A DNA stretch of 64,000 nucleotides from an uncultured Chloroflexia bacterium (GTDB taxonomy: Bacteria; Chloroflexota; Limnocylindria; Limnocylindrales; CSP1-4). Both the position numbers and the translations under genes were made by a program. The first letter of the stretch is position 1; every line of letters starts with the position of its first letter. The stretch is from positions 512,001 to 576,000 of the forward strand of contig CAWHDR010000001.1 in the NCBI GenBank assembly GCA_963828165.1, in the 5' to 3' direction. Of the stretch, positions 20,329 to 29,185 are shown one piece after another. The notes under the pieces were generated by a model. It was not told the origin of the DNA and did not search any database. It saw nothing but the letters and a program-made list of their open reading frames with translations.

Positions 20329-20893
20329 GTGGAGGGCCGTCCACATCGAAGACGCCGACCTGATCACGCGCGCCCGGACCGGTGACGTCGCAGCGTACGA
20401 AGAGATCGTTCGCCGCTACCAGGACGTCGCCATCCGGACCGCGCACCTCGTGTGCCCGGAGACCGATGCCGACGATGCCGTCCAGGACGCCTTTCTCAAG
20501 GCCTACGACGCGCTGCCCCGCTTTCGCGATGGCGCCCCGCTGCGCCCATGGCTGCTGCGGATCGTCACCAACGAAGCGCGCAACCGGAGGCGATCGGCGG
20601 GGCGACGACAGGGGCTCGCGCTGCGCGCGGCGGCGAGGGAGCCGCGCGACGCCGCGGTCCCGGGGCCCGAGGCGACGGTGATCGCTGCCGAAGCGAGCGC
20701 CGAGCTCATGGCCGCCCTGAACACCCTGCGTGACGACGATCGAGAGGTCTTGGGGGCTCGCTTCCTCCTGGACCTTTCGGAAGCCGAGACCTCCGAAGCG
20801 CTCGGGCTCCCACGTGGGACCGTGAAATCACGGACCTCGCGCGCGCTCATGCGCTTGCGCGACGTCCTCACCGCCGCGGAGGTGTCGCGATGA
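20329..20893 (+). CDS. ECF RNA polymerase sigma factor (start uncertain)
   Basis: Region 2 DADDAVQDAFLKAY...WLLRIVTNEARN; region 4 LSEAETSEALGLPRGTVKSRTSRA. Start is either ATC 20345 after GGAGG or GTG 20329 with a 1-nt indel. Confidence 0.9.
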
Positions 20894-21732
20894 GCGATCA
20901 GCTCACACGGCTCGCCGCCCGTGACGACGCCGGTCTCGAGGCGATGCTGCGAGGCACGGCGGCGTCCATCGCCTGGCCGACCGCCAGCCCGCCTGGTGCA
21001 CCGGACGTCGCCACGCGCGTTCGCGTCCGACTCGCGGCTGCTCCTCGGCCCACGGCCCGCCGTCCGTGGGCGGCGTGGCGGCCGGTCCGGCGCGGCTTGG
21101 TGCTCGCGCTCATCGCCCTGCTCGCGCTGGCCGCGATCGCCGGGGCAATCGGGCTCGGATTGCCGGGGCTGCAGCTGATCCTTGGCGAGCCGCCGGCCAG
21201 CCTGCCGCCCTCCGTGGCACCCAGCCGGACCCCTCCCCCGGGCGCGCTGGGGTCATCGCTTGGCCTCGGCGACAACGTGACGCTCGAACAGGCCGAGGCC
21301 ATCACCGGGATCGTGGCGCAGCTCCCTGGCGATCCGGCCATCGGCCCACCCGACGAGGCGTATGTCGATCGAACGCGCGGGAACCAGGTCGCCTTCGTCT
21401 GGGCGGCGAGCGAGACGCTGCCCGAGACCCGTGAGCCGGGCATCGGGCTGATCGTGATGCGGTTCGAGGGCAAGCTCGACGACGGGTATCGGCAGAAGCT
21501 CATCGGGAACGGCGTGACCGTCGAGCGCGTGACCGTCGACGGTCAGCGTGGCTTCTGGGTCTCCGGCGAAGCGCATTTCTTCTTCTACGTCCACGAGGGC
21601 CGTGGACACATCGACGACGGTCGTCGATGGGTGGGTGACGCCCTCGCATGGACGGACGGCGACACGACGTACCGGGTCGAGAGCGCTCTGGGAAAGGACG
21701 CGACGATCACCCTGGCCGAGTCGCTGGAGTAA
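20890..21732 (+). CDS. probable membrane-anchored anti-sigma factor
   Basis: ATGA overlap with the sigma gene; short cytoplasmic N-terminus, one TM helix, extracytoplasmic domain (VTVDGQRGFWV, LAWTDGDTTYRVES). Confidence 0.75.
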   Translation: MSDQLTRLAARDDAGLEAMLRGTAASIAWPTASPPGAPDVATRVRVRLAAAPRPTARRPWAAWRPVRRGLVLALIALLALAAIAGAIGLGLPGLQLILGEPPASLPPSVAPSRTPPPGALGSSLGLGDNVTLEQAEAITGIVAQLPGDPAIGPPDEAYVDRTRGNQVAFVWAASETLPETREPGIGLIVMRFEGKLDDGYRQKLIGNGVTVERVTVDGQRGFWVSGEAHFFFYVHEGRGHIDDGRRWVGDALAWTDGDTTYRVESALGKDATITLAESLE

Positions 21733-21734
21733 CC

Positions 21735-21764
21735 GGGAACCGCGGAGCCGTGGACGGTGTAATC
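21735..21764 (+). promoter_or_regulatory. second ECF-type promoter
   Basis: GGGAACCG-N12-CGGTGTAaTC matching GGGAACCG-N12-CGGTGTAgTC at 20283. Confidence 0.7.
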
Positions 21765-21809
21765 GGGATGCGTGGGCAGTACCGCCCGCGCAACGAGAGG
21801 AAGGCACCG

Positions 21810-23168
21810 ATGTCACCCAGCCGGTCGAATCGACAGCTTCTGGCCATCGCGATCGCCGTGCTCGTCGCCGCGTGCTCCGGGTCGACGCCCGGGAGCGCGC
21901 CAACCACGGCGCCCGCCTCGCCCGCGCCGCCAGCGGCCTCACCCTTCCCGTCAGCCAGGCAGCCGGCCGCGTCGCAGCCGACCATCGCTTCCGGTGGCCG
22001 AGACGCCTGGCTGGTGGTCGGACGGCCGAGCGAATCGGACCTGCGCGTGACCCTGGCAAGCACCGGGGAGGAACTCATCAAGCTGCCGCTCGGCGTGCCA
22101 GACGCAACGTGGGGCCATCTCGTCACGGTCACCCCGAAACGCCCGAACAGCCTCATCGAGGATCTCGTCGTCCAGCCCGGATTCGGTGGACCGGTGCGGT
22201 CGGTCGAGGGAGCGTGGCAGCTGCCGACCGTCGGCCTCGATCCGATGCCGGCCGGCGTGTCGGCCGACGGCTCTACCGTCGTGCTCGTCGAAGACCTCCC
22301 GGACGGCGCCGCCGCGCGATCTGTCAGCCGGTTCGCGATCGTCGAGCGCTCCCTGCGATCGGAGCCACGGATCGTGGAGCTGCCGGGCCGCTTCGACTTC
22401 GACACGCTGTCCCCGGATGGCTCGATCCTGTACGTCGCGGAGCATGTGCCTGGTCCGCTTGCCGGCCGCTACCAGGTCCGCGCCGTGGACACCGCGACCG
22501 GGAAGATGCGCGACGCGATCATCGTCGACAAGCGCAACGTCGACGAGGTGATGGCCGGCTGGCCGGTCGACCAGGAAGCTCGGGCGGACGGCGTCGTCCT
22601 CACGCTCTACCGCGGCGCCGAGCATCCCTTCGTCCATGCCCTCCAGTCCGTCGAAGCATGGGCGGTCTGCATCGATCTTCCGTCCCGTGGCATGGAAAAC
22701 GCTGGAGCTGCGGCCGACTGGGGCGTCGTCGCGACGCCGGGCGGGCGTTCGAGCCTCGCCGTGAACGCGACCCTGGGAATCATCGTGGACATCGGACCGG
22801 ATCTGACCATCCGCCGGACCGTGGACTTCGAGCCGTCCGCGCGGCGGGGGATCACGCTCGCGAAGTTCGGCCACATCGAGGCCGGATCGGTCGGTCGGCG
22901 GGTGGTGGCCGCCCCGGATGGCACGGCGGTGTTCGCCGCGGGCGCCCGCGGGGTCGTTCGCATCGCCACGGCCGACCTGGCGGTCACGAACCGCTCGCTC
23001 GAGGGCCTCGCGGTCGACGCGATCGCGGTCACACCGGACGGTTCGACGGTCTACGCGCTCGTCCGCGAGGGCGGCCGGATCGCCCAGATCGACGCGGACA
23101 CGGGCAAGGTGCTCGGCTGGGCCGCCCGCGAGGGCTACGACCGCATGGTCGGAGTCGTGCCCTGGTGA
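21810..23168 (+). CDS. lipoprotein with YncE-like beta-propeller
   Basis: ATG 21810 after GAGG; lipobox VLVAAC; blade motifs VSADGSTVV, LSPDGSILY, APDGTAVF, VTPDGSTVY. Confidence 0.8.
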   Translation: MSPSRSNRQLLAIAIAVLVAACSGSTPGSAPTTAPASPAPPAASPFPSARQPAASQPTIASGGRDAWLVVGRPSESDLRVTLASTGEELIKLPLGVPDATWGHLVTVTPKRPNSLIEDLVVQPGFGGPVRSVEGAWQLPTVGLDPMPAGVSADGSTVVLVEDLPDGAAARSVSRFAIVERSLRSEPRIVELPGRFDFDTLSPDGSILYVAEHVPGPLAGRYQVRAVDTATGKMRDAIIVDKRNVDEVMAGWPVDQEARADGVVLTLYRGAEHPFVHALQSVEAWAVCIDLPSRGMENAGAAADWGVVATPGGRSSLAVNATLGIIVDIGPDLTIRRTVDFEPSARRGITLAKFGHIEAGSVGRRVVAAPDGTAVFAAGARGVVRIATADLAVTNRSLEGLAVDAIAVTPDGSTVYALVREGGRIAQIDADTGKVLGWAAREGYDRMVGVVPW

Positions 23169-23245
23169 CGTAACAGGCTGCGAGCCGAATCTCAGCCGGC
23201 TCTCATCAGCGCCCGCCACGCTACCCTCCGACACGCGACCCTTCG

Positions 23246-23372
23246 GAGTCGCGGGCAGTCTGACCTCCCGCTCGCCGATTTCGAGATCACGGCGCCCAAT
23301 GTCGGTGGGTTCATCATCTCGATCGCCGACGAGGGCGCCCTGGAATTCCTGGTGATATTCGCGAAGGCTTGA
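23246..23372 (+). pseudogene. orphan C-terminal remnant of a YceI-like gene
   Basis: Reads VAGSLT-(shift)-PLADFEITAPNVGGFIISIADEGALEFLVIFAKA*, resembling C-termini of high-GC YceI proteins; no 5' part. Confidence 0.45.
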
Positions 23373-23384
23373 GCGCGGAGCGGG

Positions 23385-24164
23385 CTACTTCGTGTAGACG
23401 CCCTCGGGATCGAGCTCCTCGCGGACCAGCCGCAGCTCTTCGGCGGTCGGTGGTGGCGTGGTGGCGAGGTTTGGCGCGACGTTGATCTCCCAGCCGATGG
23501 TCTCGCGCACTGCTTCGAGCGTCGCGCCCTCGTGCAGCGAGTCGAGGCGCATCTCGCCGGCCTCGTCGAAATGGTAGATGCCGAGGTCCGTGACCACGAA
23601 GGTCGGGCCACGACCCTTCCAGCCGCCCTCGCGCCGGATGCGTTCGGCTTGTTCGGCGCCGCCGAGGTTGCCGGGGCTCGTCCGGAAGTCGATGTCCTCG
23701 ACGAAGCTGCGCCGGCTCTGGCGCATGATCACGAACACCTCCCGGGCGTTGATCGCGATCTCGCACGCACCGCCGGAGCCGGGCAAGCGCGTCTGGGGCG
23801 CGTCATACGGGCCGATGACCGTCGTGTTGATGTTGCCGAAGCGATCGATCTGGGCCGCGCCCAGGAACCCCACGTCGATCAGCCCACCCTGCAGGTAGTA
23901 GCCGAACAGCTCGAGCATGCTGACGACGGCGGTGGAGCCCGTGACGATCGTCGGATCGCCGATCGACAGTGGCAGCCGCGACGGCCGTGCCCCGAACACC
24001 CCCGCCTCGTAGACCATCTCGAGCTCCGGCGCGACGGTCCGCTGGGCGAGGTTGACCGCGATGTTGGGCAATCCGACGCCGACGAAGCAGACGCCCTGGC
24101 CTTCAAGGGCACGCGCAGCGGCCACGATCATCATCTCTGACTTGGAGAACGTCGCCGCCGTCAC
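23385..24164 (-). CDS. CoA-transferase subunit B (GctB/PcaJ-like)
   Basis: CFVGVGLP, MVYEAG, GFLGAAQIDRFGNIN, LPGSGGA, VVTDLG; GTG 24164, with an alternative in-frame GTG at 24362. Confidence 0.92.
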   Translation of the reverse strand: MTAATFSKSEMMIVAAARALEGQGVCFVGVGLPNIAVNLAQRTVAPELEMVYEAGVFGARPSRLPLSIGDPTIVTGSTAVVSMLELFGYYLQGGLIDVGFLGAAQIDRFGNINTTVIGPYDAPQTRLPGSGGACEIAINAREVFVIMRQSRRSFVEDIDFRTSPGNLGGAEQAERIRREGGWKGRGPTFVVTDLGIYHFDEAGEMRLDSLHEGATLEAVRETIGWEINVAPNLATTPPPTAEELRLVREELDPEGVYTK

Positions 24165-24190
24165 GGGATCGTCTCCGTCGGGGGCGCCGC

Positions 24191-24338
24191 GTGTACCCGA
24201 CGGGCGTATCGGCGAACGAGACCGGGCCCGTCGTCCAGATGTGCGCCATCTGCACCCAACAGCGGACGCGCGCCGGGAATCGACCCCGAATTCGGTCTCG
24301 AGCCGGCCCTCGATCGCTGATAGGGGCACCACATGCAC
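24191..24338. repeat. cluster of three degenerate 28-bp repeat units (+,+,-)
   Basis: Units 24191-24218, 24241-24268 and 24311-24338 (inverted); same family as 4935-5080. Confidence 0.6.
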
Positions 24339-24358
24339 GGATCCAGTGCGGCTGGCGG

Positions 24359-25285
24359 TCACCGGTAGGCTCCGTAGTCGACCGCGCCGGACGGCGCGGG
24401 GCCGGGTTTCAGGCTCGCGAGCCGGTCCGCCCCGAGCTTGTCGAGGTACGCGGCCCGCCCGTCCAGGTCGTACACCCAGTCGCGCAACCAGGCCTGGACC
24501 GTGGCCTCGTCCCGCGTGATCGGGTCCCAGTCGAGATAGAAGCGGTTATCGCGGTCGTAGGCGCCCTGCACGTACGACGGATGCGCGCCCCACGGCTCGA
24601 CCACGACGGCATCCACGATCAGGCCCGGGATGATCGTCCGGTTCGGATCGGCGCGGATCACCGCTTCATCCACGAGCTCCTCGACGACGATGATCACCCG
24701 GTCTGCGGCGAACGCCGCTTCCTTCTGGCAGCCCAGCAGGCCCCAGACCTGGGTGTCGCCCCGAGCCGAAGCCCGCTGCGCATGGACGATCGCCACATCC
24801 GGCTTCAGCGGCGGGACGGCAAAGATGCGTTCCTCGCCGTAGGGCGAATCGATCGGCCGGATGAGCGGATTGGCGACGGGCAGGTCGGTCTCGAAGTAGC
24901 TGCGAAGTGGGAAGAACGGCAGGTTCATGGCGCCAGCCGTGTAGCGCCCGACCATCCCGAAGTGGCTGTACTCCTCGATCTCGAGGAACTCGCCAGGGAG
25001 CTCCCCTTCGATCCGCCGGCGGATGGCACCCAGCCCCCCGACGCCCGGGTTGCCGAGCCACGAGAACACGAGCTTGGACGCGACGCCGCCCGCGATCATC
25101 TGGTCGTAGATGAGGTCTGGTGTCAGTCGCGCCAGCGTGAGATCACGCTTGCGCTGGCGGATGATCTCGTGGCCCGCCGCGAACGAGATCAGGTGCGTGA
25201 AGCCCTCGATGGCGACGGTGTCGCCGTCGCGCACGAGATCGGCGATCGCGTCGCGCATGGACGCGATCTTGGAAGTGCCAGTCAC
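24359..25285 (-). CDS. CoA-transferase subunit A (GctA/PcaI-like)
   Basis: LVRDGDTVAIEGF, HEIIRQ, PDVAIVHAQ, VEELV, GAHPS. Confidence 0.92.
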   Translation of the reverse strand: MTGTSKIASMRDAIADLVRDGDTVAIEGFTHLISFAAGHEIIRQRKRDLTLARLTPDLIYDQMIAGGVASKLVFSWLGNPGVGGLGAIRRRIEGELPGEFLEIEEYSHFGMVGRYTAGAMNLPFFPLRSYFETDLPVANPLIRPIDSPYGEERIFAVPPLKPDVAIVHAQRASARGDTQVWGLLGCQKEAAFAADRVIIVVEELVDEAVIRADPNRTIIPGLIVDAVVVEPWGAHPSYVQGAYDRDNRFYLDWDPITRDEATVQAWLRDWVYDLDGRAAYLDKLGADRLASLKPGPAPSGAVDYGAYR

Positions 25286-25327
25286 CGGGCAAGTATCACC
25301 GACGGCGAGTGATGGATCAGCGGTGGA

Positions 25328-26692
25328 TCAACCGGCCGCTTCGACCTCGTGCAGGGCTCCCGCCTGGCTGACGTCGGCAAGGACTTCCGCCTCGTGCCCG
25401 GCGACTTGCGCGACGGCTTCCGCGAAGATGCGCAGGGCCGTCGCCATCTCGTCCTCGCTGACGGTCAGCGCGGGCGACAGCCGCACGCTCGACGTGCCGC
25501 ACTCCAGCACGAGCAGGCCGCGCTCGAAGCAGGCCCACTGGACCGCCTCGGCATGCTCGGCTGTGTCGAACTCGACGCCGAGCATCAGGCCCTTGCCGCG
25601 GACGTCGATGACGAGGCCATCGAAGCGACCGATGAGCGGCCGGAGGCCAGCCAGCGCCCCCTCGCCGCGCGCGGCGGCGTTGTCGATGAGGCCGCCTTCG
25701 AGCAGGTCGATCGTGGCGAGCGCCGCGGCGCACGCGACCGGGTTGCCGCCATACGTCGAGCCGTGCGCACCGGGCCCCCAGGTCTCGAGGAGCTCGGCCC
25801 GGGCGATCATCGCGCCGAGCGGCATGCCGGACGCGACGCCCTTGGCGGTGAGCAGGATGTCGGGCTCGACCCCCCAGTGCTCGATGGCCCACATCTTGCC
25901 GGTCCGCCCGGCGCCGGACTGGATCTCGTCCGCGATGAGCAGGATGCCGTGCTCGTCGCAGATCTGGCGCAGGCCCTGGAGGAAGCCGTCCTCGGGAACG
26001 ATGTAGCCGCCTTCGCCCTGGATCGGCTCGACGATGATCGCGGCGATCTCGTTCGCCGGCGCCAGCTTGTCGAACAGGACGTCATCGAACCACTTCAGGT
26101 CCTCGACCCGACCATAGGGCGCGTGGAAGACGCCCGGGAGGAGCGGGCCGAATCCTGCGTGATACTTCGATTTCGAAGCGGTCAGCGACACCGCGCCGTA
26201 GGTCCGACCGTGGAATGCGCCGAGGAACGCCACGATGTACGGGCGCTTGGTGGCGTAGCGAGCAAGCTTGATCGAGGCCTCGACCGCTTCCGCGCCGGAG
26301 TTGCCAAGGTAGGCGCGCGCCTTGCCGGCCATCGGCGCGATCTCGGCCAGGCGCCGGCAGGTGTGCGCGTAGATGGGCAGGTAGAAGTCGGACGCCGAAA
26401 AGTGGATGAGCTCCGCTGCCTGCTCCTTGATCGCGCCGACGACCTGCGGGTGCGCATGGCCCGTCGACGTCACCGCGATGCCGGCCGCGAAATCGAGAAA
26501 CAGGTTGCCGTCGATGTCCTCGACCGTCAGGCCCTCGCCGCGGACCGGAACGATCGGATAGGCACGGGGGAGACTCGGGGAGGTCCATTCCTCATCGAAC
26601 GCCACGTGCGCCCGGGCCTTCGGACCAGGTAGCTCCGTGACGATGTGCGGAACGGGACGATCGCCGGCGAGACGTGACGCGGCCGAAGACAA
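25328..26692 (-). CDS. 4-aminobutyrate aminotransferase-like class III aminotransferase
   Basis: TTG 26692 after GAGG; LPGPKA, FLDFAAGIAV, NSGAEAVEA, FHGRT, EPIQGEGG, DEIQSG, TAKG, HGSTYGGNP. Confidence 0.92.
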   Translation of the reverse strand: MSSAASRLAGDRPVPHIVTELPGPKARAHVAFDEEWTSPSLPRAYPIVPVRGEGLTVEDIDGNLFLDFAAGIAVTSTGHAHPQVVGAIKEQAAELIHFSASDFYLPIYAHTCRRLAEIAPMAGKARAYLGNSGAEAVEASIKLARYATKRPYIVAFLGAFHGRTYGAVSLTASKSKYHAGFGPLLPGVFHAPYGRVEDLKWFDDVLFDKLAPANEIAAIIVEPIQGEGGYIVPEDGFLQGLRQICDEHGILLIADEIQSGAGRTGKMWAIEHWGVEPDILLTAKGVASGMPLGAMIARAELLETWGPGAHGSTYGGNPVACAAALATIDLLEGGLIDNAAARGEGALAGLRPLIGRFDGLVIDVRGKGLMLGVEFDTAEHAEAVQWACFERGLLVLECGTSSVRLSPALTVSEDEMATALRIFAEAVAQVAGHEAEVLADVSQAGALHEVEAAG

Positions 26693-26830
26693 GGGACACC
26701 TCTGACGGTCATGTGACGGCCACTGCATAGCGAGTATGCAGACTGGATATTCGCCGCGGAGTATAGCCGAGCCGATCGCCCCCCAGCCCAACGCCCTGGT
26801 GGCGTTCGCTCGGACGTCCTGAAGACACGG

Positions 26831-26862
26831 ACGAGCCGGGCCCCGTTCGGGACCCGGCTCGT
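26831..26862 (-). terminator. hairpin terminator of the metallopeptidase gene
   Basis: ACGAGCCGGG...CCCGGCTCGT stem about 30 nt after the stop, followed on the minus strand by CCGTGTCTTC. Confidence 0.6.
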
Positions 26863-26890
26863 TGCGCTGCTCGCGGAGCGAGCGGCGTTG

Positions 26891-28966
26891 CTACTTCTTG
26901 TTGCCGGTGTTGGTCAGGCGGAACGTGTAGTCCGCATCGAGGAACGTCAGGTCCCCCGTGGGCAGGTTCGAGATCACCGCCAGCACGCTCGCCTTCGTCG
27001 AGTTCATGCACTTGGTCGAGAAGCCGGCCTGCTGGATGTCGTCGCCCTCGAAGCGATACACGAAGCCCGCCTCGTCCTGCGTCTCACCCGCGGACGTGGT
27101 GCCCGGAGTGAGGTCGCACGGCGACACGATCTGCAGGATCCAGTGGTTGTCCTGGATGCCGGTGGTCTCGAACCACTCGCCCTCAGCGGAGCTGAGCGTC
27201 GCTGCCGAATCGTTGACCTCCACGTCGTCCACGAACCAACCGGTGTCGAGGTACGCCGCATCGGTCGAATAGCGGAAGCGGACGTCAGTCGCCCCGGCGG
27301 GGAGCGTCGCGCTGAGGTGGATGTACTCGGGGTCATCGACGAAGTACGCGCCGCCCGACGTACCGGTGAGGCCGTTGCCCTCGGTGTTGTTGTCGTGCGG
27401 GTCGTCGTCGGTCGTGACCTCGGCGCCCGCGTCGTCAACGAGCGGGACGGTGACCCAGTCGGTGCCCACGAGGGCCTCGACGAAGCCGTAGTCCCAGCCC
27501 TCCTCGATGAAGTACCAGGTCCAGAAGTCGACCGTATCGCCTCCGGAGACCGAGTCGTCGACATCAAGGATGTTGTCGCTCAGGCTTTCGTAGTTGGCGT
27601 ACCAGTGGGTGTCACCGGAATGCGGTGCCACCCTGGAGGTGTCAACGCCATCGAGGGTCGCCTTGAAGGTCGGACCCGGGTTGCGGAACGTCTCATAGCT
27701 CGTGCCAAAGGGCAGCGCGGTCTGCTGCGGGACGTCCTTGTTGTGGAGGAAGTACGCGTTCGGGGTCGCGCCCTTGTACTGGCCGCGGCCCGCGAAGAAC
27801 AGGTCGTTGGCGAGCTGGATCGTCCAGTTGCCCGAGTCCTCGCCGAAATCGACGTTCGCCAGGTCGAAGAGATCCGAGTCCTCGTCGTCGAGGTAGATCG
27901 CGATCGCCCAGTCCTTGAACAGGTCCTCGGCCGATCGCAGGTCGGAGCCCGTCTCGGCGTTGAACGCGTCGATCGCGTTCTGGACGCCGACCATCCCGTC
28001 CGCCTCTTCCTCGAAGATCTTCTTGATCAGGAGATCGCCGGCCGTGCCGTCGTACTCGAGGTCGGCGTCGAGGTCACCGCCGCCGTTGCCGCCCGCCTGT
28101 TCCCAGAGGTACAGGAAGTACGAGAAGGACGCGCCGTAGTTCTCCAGGCCGCCGCCCCAGCGGGTCAGCGACGTCTCGCGATGGAAGACCTGGTGGAACG
28201 TGAAGTGGGAGCCGGCCGGCGGATACCCGTTGAGGAACGCGGCCAGGTCGGCCAGGCCCTCGTCGACCCACGACAGCTCGCCCGGGTCCGAGTAGTTCAT
28301 GAGCAGGTGTTCGAGCTCGTGGGCGATGACGCCCTCGTAGAGGAAGTCGCCCTCCTCGCCCGTCCGGTTGGCCCAGTCGAAGCTGTCGACCACCAGCACG
28401 TTCATCCCGGCATCCGAGATGTACTCCGGGGCGAAGTAGCCCGCGGTGTAGGTCGTGACCGCGCAGTCGTAGTACGACTCGTCCTGCACGTTGTAGGCAA
28501 GCATGACCAGCGCGTCGCTGTTCGGGTCGGCCGGGTCGGCCAGCCCGATCTCGCCGTAGTGCGCCTCGTCGACCGCCACGATCTGGTCGGTCAGCTCGTC
28601 ACCGAGCGACTCGATCTGCCCGGCGGTCATGAGGAACTCGTCCGGGGTGTTGTCGGCGCACGGGGTGAACTCGTCACCCGGATTGTGGTCGAACTGTGGG
28701 TTGACGCTGGCCACGGTCGGGTCGCCGACGGCGCCCTCCGGGACGTAGATGTAGACCGGCGTTCCGGTGGTCGTCGTGTTCGCGTAGACCCGCTCGAAGA
28801 CCTGGTCGTAGCTGCCGCCGGCATGGCTGTCGTTGATCGTGATGGTGATCGTCGGATCACCCGGCGATCCCGAGGAAGCCATCGCCGCGGGGGCGGCGGC
28901 GGTCGTAGCGATGGTCGATGCCGCGAGGGCGGCCGCCATCGTGATCCGAAGCAAGCGTTGCCTCAT
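26891..28966 (-). CDS. secreted zinc metallopeptidase (immune inhibitor A/M6-M30-like)
   Basis: Signal peptide; YEGVIAHELEHLL...WVDEGLA; InhA-type C-domain WYFIEEGWDYGFVE, RFRYSTD, GWFVDDV. Confidence 0.88.
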   Translation of the reverse strand: MRQRLLRITMAAALAASTIATTAAAPAAMASSGSPGDPTITITINDSHAGGSYDQVFERVYANTTTTGTPVYIYVPEGAVGDPTVASVNPQFDHNPGDEFTPCADNTPDEFLMTAGQIESLGDELTDQIVAVDEAHYGEIGLADPADPNSDALVMLAYNVQDESYYDCAVTTYTAGYFAPEYISDAGMNVLVVDSFDWANRTGEEGDFLYEGVIAHELEHLLMNYSDPGELSWVDEGLADLAAFLNGYPPAGSHFTFHQVFHRETSLTRWGGGLENYGASFSYFLYLWEQAGGNGGGDLDADLEYDGTAGDLLIKKIFEEEADGMVGVQNAIDAFNAETGSDLRSAEDLFKDWAIAIYLDDEDSDLFDLANVDFGEDSGNWTIQLANDLFFAGRGQYKGATPNAYFLHNKDVPQQTALPFGTSYETFRNPGPTFKATLDGVDTSRVAPHSGDTHWYANYESLSDNILDVDDSVSGGDTVDFWTWYFIEEGWDYGFVEALVGTDWVTVPLVDDAGAEVTTDDDPHDNNTEGNGLTGTSGGAYFVDDPEYIHLSATLPAGATDVRFRYSTDAAYLDTGWFVDDVEVNDSAATLSSAEGEWFETTGIQDNHWILQIVSPCDLTPGTTSAGETQDEAGFVYRFEGDDIQQAGFSTKCMNSTKASVLAVISNLPTGDLTFLDADYTFRLTNTGNKK

Positions 28967-29185
28967 CCGTTGTCCTCCATGAGCCGTCCGGGGCGACCTA
29001 GGCTGGGGGTGGTCATTCGGCGGCTGGGTTCCAGGGCATCTGACGCGGGGGTCGAGCGTCGATGCGGGCTTGTGGGCGGCAACCTACAACGGCATGAAAA
29101 ACCGCGCGTTGCAACCGCTGTTCTGCTGGACAGGCGATTCGAGGACCTGTCGCGCCGGGCGCCCGTCCACCCGGTCGGCGCGCCC

